A stretch of DNA of 64,000 nt, taken from assembly GCF_018350175.1 (NCBI RefSeq), contig NC_058368.1:88228001-88292000 (forward strand), written 5' to 3'. The notes beneath the pieces were generated by a model. That model searched no databases and was not told the origin of the DNA. It saw only the letters and a program-made list of their open reading frames with translations. Positions 12,397 through 24,200 of this stretch are shown piece after piece (position 1 is the stretch's first letter; each line of letters begins with the position of its first letter). The translations under genes and the position numbers were made by a program. Source of the DNA: Felis catus (taxonomy: Eukaryota).

Positions 12397-13737
12397 ATGG
12401 ACCAGTTGGGGCGGGGGGCAGGCTGCGCCCAGCTGGCACGCATCTCCCAATGATGTGTGCTCCTGACCCCCACAGGGTGGCCAAGGGGTGGGATTCTAAT
12501 TCATGGGTCTCCCTGGGTTGAGGCCAGGACTCCACAGATTAGGGACTGGGTTCTGGAGTCTTTTGCAGTGAGCTTCACCTGGCCTGTATCCTCTTGTCTG
12601 CTCCGAGCCCCCAAATGAGACCTTTGCTGAGGATGTCTGCAGCCCCAGGGGCTGTCACAATAGCGGTGTCAGGTGGCGCTGACCTTGCAGGGACCTATCC
12701 TGGACGTCCCATCTCCAGGTCAGCCCTGGACCCACTCTGCTCCTAGAGTTCAGTTCTGTCTTGCCATCACCTCATACAGACCCTGGTTTGGTTTACTCTG
12801 GGCTCTGGGCTGAAGCCCCCAGCCCCCTGCAGGGACCCCTGAAGCCCCAGGCCTAGGGTGGTTGGGTCAGGTGGAGGCAGCCACAGGAAATGAGGGCCAA
12901 AGGAGGGCACAGCCCAACAGGCTGTGCACCTGTGGGCCTGACAGCCACCAGGAAGGAAGGACTTTCCACCGCCAGAAGAAGGGTGATTTGGGATCCTGGG
13001 GGTGGGGGGGGGGGGTGGGCAGGTGGGAGGGAGGGGCAGGCAGAGGTGGGTGGGACGAGCTGGAGGGCCTGGCCTCTGGCCCCTGTTCCAGGGCGTTGTC
13101 TGCTCCTGGGTGAGGGATGGGCCCAGGCAGGGGGGAGGTCGTGGCAGCTCAGAGCCCTCACGGGGGCCCAGGGAAGGAGACAGGCTGAGGACCTGGAAAA
13201 AACGCTCTCATTGTGAGTGTAAACAGGGCTCCACCTCCGCCAGATGTTCCTGGAAAATGTTTAGGATCCATGTCAACATATGAAATTCCCATCAAACTTT
13301 TATTAATCAGAGACATTTGTTGTCAACCTCCCCCCGCCTGACTGCTCTGGACCTTCCTGGGAGGGGCCTGGGCCTGGGGGGCTGTCCGGCCCTGCTTCAG
13401 GGTCAGCGGGAGGGCGTGTGGCAGGGCTGGGCTGCAGCCATCCCTCCCACACTGTCCAGGGCCAGGCCTGCTGCGGTGACCAGGCCACAGCGACCAGCCT
13501 GCTGAGTGACCGAGACCCAGTAACCACCCTGGATTCCCACACTCAGAGCAGCCCCTCTCATCCAGGCTGCTGGGGTCGGGGGCCGGCAGGACTGAGGCCA
13601 GCTCTTTCCAGAGGTTCTGGACAGCATACAGCGGTGATCCTTTTATGGGGTGGGAGACTCATAAAGAACTGAAAGCCCCACTTAGGAGCTGAGAGCTGGC
13701 TCTCTGGCCAGGGAGAGAGAGAGGCTAGGGCAGGCCT

Positions 13738-14065
13738 CCTGGGGAGAGGTCCTGGGGAGGGGTCCTGGGAAGGGGGATCCTGAGAGAGGGGGTCCTGGAG
13801 AAAGGGAGTCCTGGGGGTCCTGGGAGGTGGGTCCTGGGGAAGGGGAATCCCAGGGGTCCTGAGGAGGGGGTCTTGGGAGGAGGTCCTGGGAGATGGTTCT
13901 AGAAAGGGGAGTCTTGGAGGAGGGAAGTCCTGGGAAGGGATCCGAGGGGAAGGGGAGTCCTTGGAGGGGAGTCCCCTTGGAAGAGGGTCCTGGGAGAGGG
14001 AGCCTGGGGGGATGCTGGGAGACAGGGTTGTTAGAGGAGAGTCCTGGGGGAACAGGTCCTAGGGG
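13738..14065 (+). repeat. G-rich degenerate tandem array (G-quadruplex-prone)
   Basis: Repeated gtcctgggga(a/g)ggg modules with strong G skew. Confidence 0.85.
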
Positions 14066-15159
14066 CATTCTGAAAGGGCTCCAGAAACCACCTGAGCAGC
14101 CGCTCTTCTTCAGGGCTAAGCCATTGCTGGCAGGACCCTCAGACCAACAGCCCCACTGGCCCACCTGTAACCCTGCCATGCTCCTTGCTGCATACCCCTC
14201 CCAGTCCCCTTTACCGGCCCCCAGGCCTGCCACAGAGGTGGGCCGTTCTCAGTTCCCTCTTGTTCTGGAGGGAGACGGGCTGCCCTGGGAGAGCATCCCA
14301 GAGATCTTGGAAGGTGAGGGGGAGGCCAGTAAAAATGCTTTAGTAAAAATCGCATGCACGGATATCTGTGTTTTTGCTAGCTCTGACCAGGGCTGGGGAG
14401 ATGGGGGAGCATGAGAACAGCCCCCCACCCCTGTGGGGGCCACCGCAGCTCATTCAATGTCTCTCTGAGATGGACCTGGAGGGAGGGAGCACTGTGTGAT
14501 CTGCTCTTAAGTTCTGTCCTGGCAGCCTGGGTCTGTTTTGGGTATTAGGTTACCTGGAGAGTCCCAGCGGGCTGGAGCGTGGGGTTGGTGAAGGAAGAGC
14601 TGTTTTTGTGATCAGTGGGACCTGGGTTACCGGGGGGAAAAGGACCAGAGAGGGTCTTGGGTGGGCAGGTGGGAGCCTGGAACAGCCCATCTCCCCATGG
14701 CCCCAGCAGTGCCCGCCCACTCGTCTCCCCTTTGGCTGGGGGGCCTGGCCTGGAGCCGAGGACATCAGAGGCTGGGGCTGGGGTCTGCGGGGGTTTCAAG
14801 GAAGGGGGCCTTTGATCCCTGGCCCCTCCCGCTTTAGGTCCTGAGGCCTAGGGCTGAGGATTAGGGAGCGGCCCCTGGGTGGATGCAAGCTGGGGGTGCA
14901 GCATTTAACAGAGGGGGGGAGCCTCTGTCTTGGAGAGATTCCGGGGCAGTCAGGGGTTGAGGAGCCCCCGACACACACACAAGGTGGTGGAGGCATTCAG
15001 GCCCAGTGCATGGGTGAGGGGACCCTGCCGCCCCCTACCTATTTCCCTGGGATGGCTTTACAACCTTGCTCCAGCCCTTCCGAAGGCGGGGCAGGCAGTC
15101 CCAGCGCTTATTAAGCACTGACAGTGTGCATTCCCACAGGTTACTCACCTGCAAGCGGG

Positions 15160-15995
15160 GAGAGGGGCTTTGCCTTGGGTGCGCAGGTGCCTTTCCGGCA
15201 CACACTCCCTCAGACCGAGGGCTGGCAGGACACCCGGCCCGCGGTTTGCACACTGAACATACATTACATTTAAACATGCTACTCGCTGTGACACGAACTC
15301 CAGGCCCACCCCGTTCAGAGAATCGTGCTCTCTCCCGGTCCACCGTCCCCGGAGCAGGGAGCCAGACGCTAGCCGGTGGGAGGGCCTGAGAGGGGCGGGG
15401 CGAGGGGCTTCCAGAGGGGAAGGGTCTCCGAAGGGGCGGGGCAGGGCGAGGGGGGTTTTCAGAGGCGAGGGGTCTCGGGAAAGGCTAGGCAAGGCGAGGG
15501 GTCCTGGAAGGAAGAGGCCAGGGGCTTTCAGAGAGGGAGGCTCCCGGAAGGGGTAGAACGAGGGGAGGGGCTTTAAGGGGGGAGGGGTCTCGGGAGGGGT
15601 AGAGCGAGGGGGAGGGGCTTTAAGGGGGGAGGGGTCTCGGGAGGGGTAGAGCGAGGGGGAGGGGCTGGAGGGGGCCTGGGAAGGGGCGGAGGCTCCCTCT
15701 CTGAGCCGCCCAGTGGCCACTGCAGCAGGGCCAGGGGCGGGTGTCCTAGGCGGCCGCGGGGGTGCTAGGTTCTCCGCGACCCCTCGAAAAGTGTGTGTGA
15801 AGAACGGGGTGTGAAGGGGGGGCACGCCCAGCACGGCCCGCCAGTTCAGCCCTGAGCTTTTTGCCTGGCAGACCAGGGGCCCTGGGGACTCTGGGAGGGG
15901 AGGAGCTGGCCGCGGGACTGGGAGGGGCCGGGTCTCCGGTCCCCAGCACCCAACTGTCCTGCTTGTGCGGAGGGAGAATGGGCTCCTGCGCCCCG
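15160..15995. promoter_or_regulatory. CpG-rich, CpG-island-like segment
   Basis: Visibly higher CpG density (e.g. ggcggccgcgggg, ccgcgacccctcg, ggggcggggcga) and GC boxes; the CpG observed/expected ratio was not computed. Confidence 0.5.
15385..15690 (+). repeat. G-rich ~47-bp tandem repeat (G4-prone)
   Basis: ctttaaggggggaggggtctcgggaggggtagagcgagggggagggg recurs with period 47 (15571 and 15618), with degenerate copies upstream. Confidence 0.9.
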
Positions 15996-17283
15996 GAGCC
16001 CTTCTAGTAGGGAGGCCATCCCCACCTGCCTGGTCCCGGCTGGGTGGGGGAGTGAGACCTCCATTCTCGTTCCAACACAAGAAACGATGGTCCACTTAGA
16101 AACCATGTGCCCTGCAGAAGACCCGAAGGACATGTGTCTCAGGGCTGATTCCAGGAGAGACGGCCACGGTGGGGTCCCAGGCAGGTGACTACCCAAGGGA
16201 CACTACCCAAGGACACGCTGGAGTCTGGGGGTGGCTCGTGTGGGCTGTGTGGCGCTCCTGTTCCCTTGTGCCCCCACCCCCCTTCCAGGGGCAGCAGCAG
16301 CACCTGGCCTGGATGGGCGCTGGGCAGGCAGGGAGGGGGTGGTTGCTCCCCACGAGGCCACTGCCTCGTCCTGCACACAGCCCTCTAGGTGCGGGTGCGG
16401 CTGGAACGCAGGGTCCTGTCTTCACTTAATTTGGACGCCTAGGGGCCAAGCGGGGTCTTGGTCGGGGGGTGGGGACTGCCTGGCTTTGGCGTTTGGGGGC
16501 CAGAGAGCATCCCTTCTTTGAGCTCCGAGACCTTTTCAGGAGTGGGAGTCTGTCTTCCTGATCCCCACCCCGTGGACACCACTGTGCGAGGTGCAGAACC
16601 TGTGGGGAGCCAGGGGGTTGGCAGGTGCTCTGGACAACCAGGTGCCCTCCACGCGTCACCACCAAACACATGGTCAGCTGAGGCTGGGAGAGGTGGGACA
16701 GTCAACCCAGGCCACAGCGGAGGCGGGGCTGGAGGGGACCTGACCCATCAGAGGATGGAGAATTGGAGAGCTGGATGGATGGACAGGCAGCGCACTGGAC
16801 CACAGCTCTGTCCAGATGGTCAGCCCACCTTCTGCATCCAGCCATCCACCCTCCTCTGCCTGGGGTGGCTTTTTCCTAAAGAGCCATGGCCTGTGGCAAG
16901 CCTGGGGTAGAACCTAGCACAGTGGACACCGTTCCTGCTCCCGGAGATCCTCCTGGGGCTGAGGCCTCCACCCTGTCGGGGACCCCAGGTGGCAAGTCTG
17001 GGGTGGGGTATCACACCTGCGTACAGAGCCTGTGGAGTGCAAACTCGTGCCAGAGGTGTGGGGCCACTGGCCTCCCAGGGTTTGTGACCCTCTGCTCAGC
17101 GGGGCGCTGGGCATGCACTTGGGCCTCCAGCATCCCCTGTGACCCCTGCTGGCCCAGTGCAGCTTTGCAGAGCCCCATCTGCGCAGGGGGAAGCCCCTGT
17201 CCCTGCCTCCTGCTTGCTCACAGAACATTCAGTACGTGTCCAGTTGGAACTGGACACGCTGCTGCCACACCCAGGCAGCCCAC

Positions 17284-18335
17284 CTGCCTGCCCTTGGTGG
17301 TGCCCCTGGCCTGGCAGCCAGCACTCCCCCAGTAGCATGTCTGGAAGGTGGGGCAGGGTGGGGGCACAAGCGCTCCTCTGAGATGTGACCAGGGCCCTTG
17401 GCTTGCTGGGTAAGTCCTGGCCGGACGAATGGCTTTATATGGTCCTCTGGCTTGCCCAGCTTCGCCTTTTGAGGGTGCTGCATCCTATGAGGACTCAGAC
17501 CCTAGATTTGATAAGTCTGAGGGGAAGGGGTGCTGTGGCTTCTCAGTCAGGGCCAGAGAGGCCTGGAGGAGCCAGGGCCATTCCACCACCCCCCGCCCAG
17601 CCCCCACCCACACTGCCCCGGGGCTCCCATCCCTGAGATGTCCTCTGCCTCTGGTTCTCCCACCCTTGTCCCTCTCCTGGCCCCTCAAGACAGGCCACAC
17701 CTGGGTCCGACCTCCCCTTCCTCCTCTCCCCCACTCCTCTTTCTCTCCCTGCCCTCCCTCTGCTCCCTCCCTCCTCCCAGCTGCCCCATCCCCCCTTCCC
17801 TTCCTCCCCCTCCTTCTTTCCTCCTGCACCCCCCCCCCGCACCCCACCTTTTCCTTTTCTCCCCTTTCCCCCATACCCTTCTCTCTCTGGCCCCAGCCCA
17901 GGGTATTCTTGGGAGCTTGCATGGCCTGGGACCTAGCCTCTCACTCTCACTCTGGAATGTCCCCACCTACCTTAGTCCTCACTGCACAAATTACACAAGA
18001 GGAATACAGATGGCTGTTGCAAGACTGGGAGACATCCCAGAACCCCCAGGCACGGGAGGGTGGCCCACCTCCCGGCACTCATGTCCCTCAGAGCCGGGGA
18101 CAAATCAAGGGGAAGGCCCTGCCTTGGGCGCTTCTCAGAATCATTGGCTAATTGAAAACGTCTAGGAAAAAGTTTAAATGCCACGTGACATTCCTGTGCT
18201 TCACGACCCTCTATTTCTCTCCATCCTGGACCCGCCCCGGGATCTGAATCCTGTGCGGTGCCCTGTGCCCTCACCCCTGGACACGGGCTCGCCAGCTCGC
18301 CTCGTCCTGCGGATTCCTGCGGGCCTCCTGGCCTG
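17284..18335 (-). other. Putative 5' end of an unidentified minus-strand spliced transcript (exons ~18275-18335, 17971-18024, 17284-17516)
   Basis: Donor GGG|GTGAGG at 18274; exon 17971-18024 bounded by tctcccag and AAG|GTAGGT; acceptor ccccttcccctcag at 17517; ATG at 17483 with A at -3 (MQHPQKAKLGKPEDHIKPF...); donor CAG|GTGGGC at 17283. No homology recognised. Confidence 0.25.
17705..17890. repeat. Polypyrimidine/polypurine low-complexity tract
   Basis: ~185 bp almost entirely C/T on the plus strand. Confidence 0.9.
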
Positions 18336-18600
18336 TCCCCAGAGTGAGACCCCGCCCCCACTCAGGGTGAGCCCCGTCCCCCCACTGTGGGAGAACCCCA
18401 TCCTCGGCCGGCCCTCTCCCAGATGAGACCCCGCCCCCACTCAGGGTGAACCCCACCCTCACTGTGGGAGCGACCCTTCCCTGGCTTGGCCCGCCCCCAG
18501 AGTGAGACTCTGCCACCACCGGAGGTGAGCCCCGCCCCAGCCTGGCCACACCCCCACACAAGTTTAGCTGGACTAGGGCCTGGACCCACCCCCACTCCGG
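18140..18600. promoter_or_regulatory. Promoter-like region: repeated Sp/KLF GC boxes, CCAAT box and USF-type E-box
   Basis: ATTGG (~18143), GCCACGTGAC (18180-18189), CCCGCCCC (~18231), and a degenerate ~25-bp array tgag(a/c)cccgccccca with several CCCCGCCCC boxes at 18345-18545. Confidence 0.45.
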
Positions 18601-19315
18601 GAGAATTTCCCTACTCCAAACCTAGCTCTGTAGCAGCAGTGGGTAGCGAGAGCTCCAGCCGTGGGTGAGGATGATGCTGCAGGTGGCAGGTGTGGTGGCC
18701 CAAGTACTGCAGGCTGACCTGCCAGGGCTACCTGCCCAGAGGTGCGTCCTGGCCCTGGGTGACCTTGCTTTGCTTCTGTGGCGCATGTCTGATGCTGAGG
18801 GGTGGTGGGGAGGCGTCCTCACCAGCATGCAGCGTTCATGAATGTCCACTTTATAAAAATACTTCAGCCACCTGGCAGGTTTTCAGAAAGCTGTGAGCTC
18901 CTGTTCTGGCCACTATGGTGGACAGGCTGCACCTGCTTCTCCCACGCTTCCTTGTGGAGCCAGGGAAGCCTGCAGGAGGACGTCCCCTGCCCTGGAGGTC
19001 CTAGGCTGTGTGTATGAGGGGAGGATGGACAGGCGAAGGCCCCCCAAACACTGGGTTCCCCTGCAGCAGCTGCAGGAACACGGACTCAAGGGGCTCATAC
19101 CCAGGACAGCCATCCTGCCACTGGCCGCCACATGGGAGGGGTCCTCAGGGGCTGCTGGCCTGGGTGGGGGTGGCCTCACTCTGAGAGGGCACCCTGAATG
19201 CATCATGGTTAGCGCCCCTTGTGTGCAGACCATGGCAGCCCCTCCACCCAGATCCTCTTGGCCTCATGCTTAGTTTTATTGACATCTTCATGATATGCAG
19301 GTTTTTGCACACTTT

Positions 19316-19780
19316 GTAAAAATATAATTTATTGTCAAATTGGTTTCCATACAACACCCAGCGCTCATCCTAACAGGTGCCCTTCTCAATACCCATCACC
19401 CACTTTCCCCTCCCTCCCACCTCCCATCAACCCTCAGATTGTCCTCAGTATTTATGAGTCTCTTATGGTTTGCCTCCTTCCCTCTCTTTAACTCTACCCC
19501 CTTCCCGTCCCCCCTGGTTTTCTGTTGTTTCTCAGGATCCACATATGAGGGAAAACATATGGTATCTGTCTTTCTCTGCCTGACTTATTTCACTTAGCAT
19601 AATACCCTCCAGTTCCAACCATGTTGCTACAAATGGCCATATTTCATTCTTTCCCATTGCCAAGTAGTATTCCATTGTATATATAAACCACATCTTCTTT
19701 ATCCATTTGTCAGTTGATGGACATTTAGGCTGTTTCCATAATTTGGCTATTGTTGAAAGTGCTGCTATAAACATTGGGGT
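19316..19780 (-). mobile_element. 5'-truncated felid L1 (3' UTR plus ORF2 C-terminus)
   Basis: ORF 19532-19774 ([20 protein letters not shown]...CGS) is the L1 ORF2 C-terminus; imperfect TSD aggtttttgcac at 19299 and 19781. Confidence 0.95.
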
Positions 19781-19860
19781 AGGTTTTTTGCACGTTTTCT
19801 ACATTGATTCCCACGTACCCTTTTCTCTGATGGTTGTTCCTATTGCAAATGTTTTTATTT

Positions 19861-20049
19861 TTGTATTTTCTAAATTTTTAAAAATAATGTTTATTCATTT
19901 TCAAGAGAGATCATGAGCAGGGGAGAGGCAGAGAGAGGGAGACACAGAATATGAAGCAGGCTCCAGGCTCTGGATCAAACCCACAAACTATGAGGTCATG
20001 ACCTGGGCCAGAGTTGGATGCTTAACCAACTGAACTACCCAGGCGCCCC
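19861..20049 (-). mobile_element. Can-SINE (SINEC_Fc-like, internally deleted)
   Basis: Reverse complement of the ggggcgcctgggt head at 20049, CT-rich tract and A-tail. Confidence 0.93.
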
Positions 20050-21239
20050 TGTAAATGTTTTATTTTTAAAAGTATTTTCTCATGGTTTGCTGCAGTATGA
20101 AATCCAAATGACATTTTTATATTGGTCTTATATCCAGCCACCTTGCTAGCCTTTAGAAACTCTCCAAAGACATGGGGATTTTCACAAATTTTCCAGTGAT
20201 ATTACCCTCTAATTGCATTGTTTTACAGTCAGAGACTTTGTTCTATATGGTACCTGATGTTGGGAATGTGTGGAAATTGTTTTATAGCTTCAGAGATGGT
20301 GGATTTTTTCTGGAGGTTACAGGCACCTGGGGGAGTGTGCAGGCTGAGTGAGCCGGTGAGGCCTTTCTCCCTGGGTCAGGATCAGTCTTCTCTGCCATGT
20401 GTTCGCCCAGTCAGATGTTCCTATAACCACACTGGCTTTCTTTTAGCCGGTACTTGCCTGATGTATCTTTCCCCATGTTCCTGCTCTGGACTTTCCTGAA
20501 TTCCATCATTTCAGTGCCTTTCCTGAAAACAGCATCCAGCTGGCATTGTAGCTTTTTAAAAAAAACACTCTGATGCTGTCTTTTAGGTGGTAACAACAGC
20601 CCATGTGTTTACAGTGATTATTGATATATTTCGATTTGTTCCTATAATTTTACACTTTTATTCCACTTTTATCAATTTTGCTTTCCCACTTTCTGGCTTT
20701 GCTTTTTAAATGGAGATTTTTGTTTTAAAATTCTTCCCTGCCCTACTGATTTCCTACCCCAAAGCTTGAAATTTATACATGCGGAATCTATTTGTTCAGT
20801 GCTGCCCCTTGAGCTGTTACTTGTTGGTTTCATAAAGACTTAGATAACATCTGGCCAGTTCCAAGGCAATAAAAGCACATGAGAAAGTTTTAGCTTCCAT
20901 TATTCCATTCCAGCCTGCTGTTGTTGTGAGTTTTAGTTCTGCCTTGAACTTATGAGGCAGACACTGTTTATTGTCTGTGGACAATGTTTGGAGTCATGCA
21001 CACATTACTGTTTTGTTGTTCATGTTCCTTCGCACATGCTGGTCTGTCCCTCCAGAATTACTTTTTTTCTCGGAGCACTTACTTGGGAGTGGGCTCTAGC
21101 ATTACATTCCCTCCATCTCTGTTCCTCTTGAAATTATTTTATTCTAACTTTGTCCTAGAGGAACATGTATGTTAAATGCACAGTTGTAGGCTGGTATCTG
21201 TTTTCCCTCAAAACTTTGCAGCTACTCCAATGCATTGAT

Positions 21240-21690
21240 GATTTATTGCTGTGTAACAAAGTACACGAACACTTAGTGGCTTAACACAATTATTTCCTGC
21301 CGTTTCTGTGGGTCGGAAATGGAAGTGGTGCCCTGGTCTGTTCTGCCTTGGGGTCTATCATGAGGTTGCAGTTGGATGTGGGCTGGCTTCAGTGTCTGGA
21401 GACTTTAGCAGCCTGCAGACCTGCCTCCAGCGTGACCTAACCATGTGGCTGTTAGCTGGAGGCCTCAGTGTCTCTCCACAAGGAGACAGAATGCTTTCCC
21501 TCCATGATGGTGGTTTCTCCAGAACCTGCCACCCAGGATACCAAGGTGGCAGTGTCAATGCTGCCCAGCTTCCAGCCTTAGAATCATATGTCACCACTTC
21601 CCCAATGCCCCTTGGTCACACAGGGCCCACCTGTTCAGTGTAGGGGCTACAAAAAGGCACAAGAGAGGTGCATCTGGGAGGTGACCCCAA
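21240..21690. mobile_element. MLT1-type (ERVL-MaLR) solo LTR remnant
   Basis: tattgctgtgtaacaaa...acttagtggcttaa...ttctgtgggtcggaa matches the MLT1 terminal motif. Confidence 0.75.
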
Positions 21691-21865
21691 CAGTCCCATC
21701 ACTGTTGATTAGAGGTCTGCACTGCTTTCCTTTGCTGGAGATTTCTCCTTTCCCTCTCTGGGTTCCTGAAAGATATTCTCTTTGTTGGTGAAATTCTTCA
21801 ATTTCCCTGTAGTGCTTCTAGGTGTAGGATAGGTATGCTGACTGCATCTGTGGATTTATATTTTT

Positions 21866-23209
21866 GTCTCCTGTTGTTTTCCAGTATACTTAACATACAG
21901 TGTTATGTTAGTTTCAGGTGTACAACAATTCCATACAACACCCGGTGCTCATCACAACAAGTGATCCCCATCACCTATTTAATCCACTGCCACCCCCCCC
22001 CCCCACCGCCAACCTTCCCTCCAGTCCCGATCAATTTGTTCTTTATAGTTAAGAGTCTCTTTCTTGGTTTGCCTCCTTCTCTTTTTTTTTTCTCATGCTC
22101 TTTTGTTTTGTTTCTTAAATTCCACATGGAAGTGAAACATATGGTATTCATCTTTCTCTGATTGACTTATTTCTCTTAACACAATACTTTGTAGCTCCAT
22201 CCACATCATTGTAAATGGCAAGATTTCACTCTTTGTGATGGCTGAGCAATATTCCACTGTGTATTTAAACCACATCTGCATTATCCATTCATCAATGAAC
22301 ATGCACTGTTTCTATAATTTGGCTATTGTTGATAATGCTGCTATAAACATCAGGTTGAATGTACCCCTTTGAATTTGTATTTTTGTAACCTTTTGGTAAA
22401 TACCTAGTAGTGCAATTACTAGATAGGAAGGTAATTCTAATTTTAAGTTTTTGAGTAACCTCCATACTATTTCCCAGATGCTACACCAGTTTGCATTCCC
22501 ATCAACAGTGTAAGGTGGTTCCCCTTTCTCTGCATCCTCGCCAACACCTGTTGTTTCTTGTGTTTTCAATTTTAGCCATTCTGATAGGTGTGAGGTGATA
22601 TCTCATTATGGTTTTGATTTGTATTTTCCTGATGATGCGTGATGTTGAGCATCTTTTCATGTGTCTATAGCCATCTGGATGTCTTCTTTGGAAAACTGTC
22701 TATTCATGTCTTCTGCCCATTTTTTAGTTGCATTATTTGGTGTTTTGGGGTGTTGTAGAAATTCTTTGTGTTTTTTGGATAATAACTCTTTATTGGATAT
22801 GTCATTTGAAAATATTTTCTCTCATTCCATAGGCTGCCTTTTAGTTTTGTTGATTGCTTCCTTCCATGTGCCTAAGCTTTTTGTTTTGATGTAGTCCCAA
22901 TAGTTTATTTTTGCTTTTGTTTCCTTTACCTCAGGAAGCATATTTAGAAAGAAATTGCCATGGTCAATATCAAAGAAGTTACTTCCTGTGTTCTCCTCTA
23001 GGATTTTTATGGTTTCACATCTCACATTTAGTTCCTTGATATATTTTGAATTTATTTTTACATGGGTGTAAAAAAGTAGTCCAGTTTCAATTCTTCTGCA
23101 TGTTGCTGTTCAGTTCTCCCAACATTTGTTGAGGAGACTGTCTTTTTTTCATTGGATCATCTTTCTTGTTTTGTTAAAGATTAATTGACCATATAGTTGT
23201 GGGTTTTTT
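21866..23209 (-). mobile_element. 5'-truncated carnivore L1
   Basis: ORF2 C-terminal fragments (22093-23025); perfect 19-bp TSD tctgtggatttatattttt at 21847-21865 and 23210-23228. Confidence 0.95.
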
Positions 23210-23515
23210 TCTGTGGATTTATATTTTTCATCAGTTCTGGAAAATTCCCTTAATACATAATCTCTTAAAATATATGCCCATTCCTAAATAACTGCTCACC
23301 ATTTTCTTCTTCAGAGTTTCTGGACTGACACAGACTCAGTACTCTTATTGTAACCCTTGTATCTGTCAGTCTCTTTCATATTCTTCATCTTCTCACCTCT
23401 GCTGTACTTTGGATAAGTTCACTGGACATGCCTTCCACTTCACTACCTCTCTCTTCAACTATGTTTAATCTGCTGCTGAGCCCATCCACTATGTGCTTTC
23501 AAAAATTTTTCAGTG

Positions 23516-24200
23516 ATATCTATATCTATCTGTATCTATCTATCTATCTATATCTATCTATCTATATATATCTATATGTATATATATGTTTTTAAGTTAT
23601 ATATATATAGATATATATAGTTATAGTTATATAGTATAGTTATATAGTATCTATATATATATAGATTTTAAGTTATATATATCTATATATATATATATAT
23701 AACTTATATATACTTTAATAAGTTATATATATATTACTTATATATATAAGTATCTATATATATATAGATTTTAAGTTATATATATATAGATTTTAAGTTA
23801 TATATATAGATTTTATATATATTTATATATATAAATTTATATATAAATTTAATATATATTAATATAAATATAAATATATATATATATTTAGATATATATA
23901 TAGATTTAAGTTATATATATATAGATTTTAAGTTATATATATCTCTATATATATAACTTATATAAGTTATATATATATTACTTATATATATATCTATATA
24001 TATATATTTTAAGTTATATATATATAGATATATATAGTTATAGTTATATAGTATAGTTATATAGTATCTATATATATAGTTATATATATATAGTTATATA
24101 GTATAGTTATATAGTATCTATATATATAGTTATATATATATAGTTATATAGTATAGTTATATAGTATCTATATATATATAGTTATATATATATAACTTAA
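23516..24200. repeat. Complex (TA)n-rich satellite (~690 bp)
   Basis: TA runs interspersed with tatc, taagtta and tagtta units; internal higher-order repeats. Confidence 0.97.

Noticed and set aside
15145..16095. 316-aa proline-rich ORF
   Set aside because: Mostly the C-rich strand of the 47-bp G-rich repeat in stop-poor, GC-rich DNA
1..19270. Assigning a known gene symbol or locus to the GC-rich half
   Set aside because: No candidate exon translation matched a protein I recognise, so naming one would be a guess
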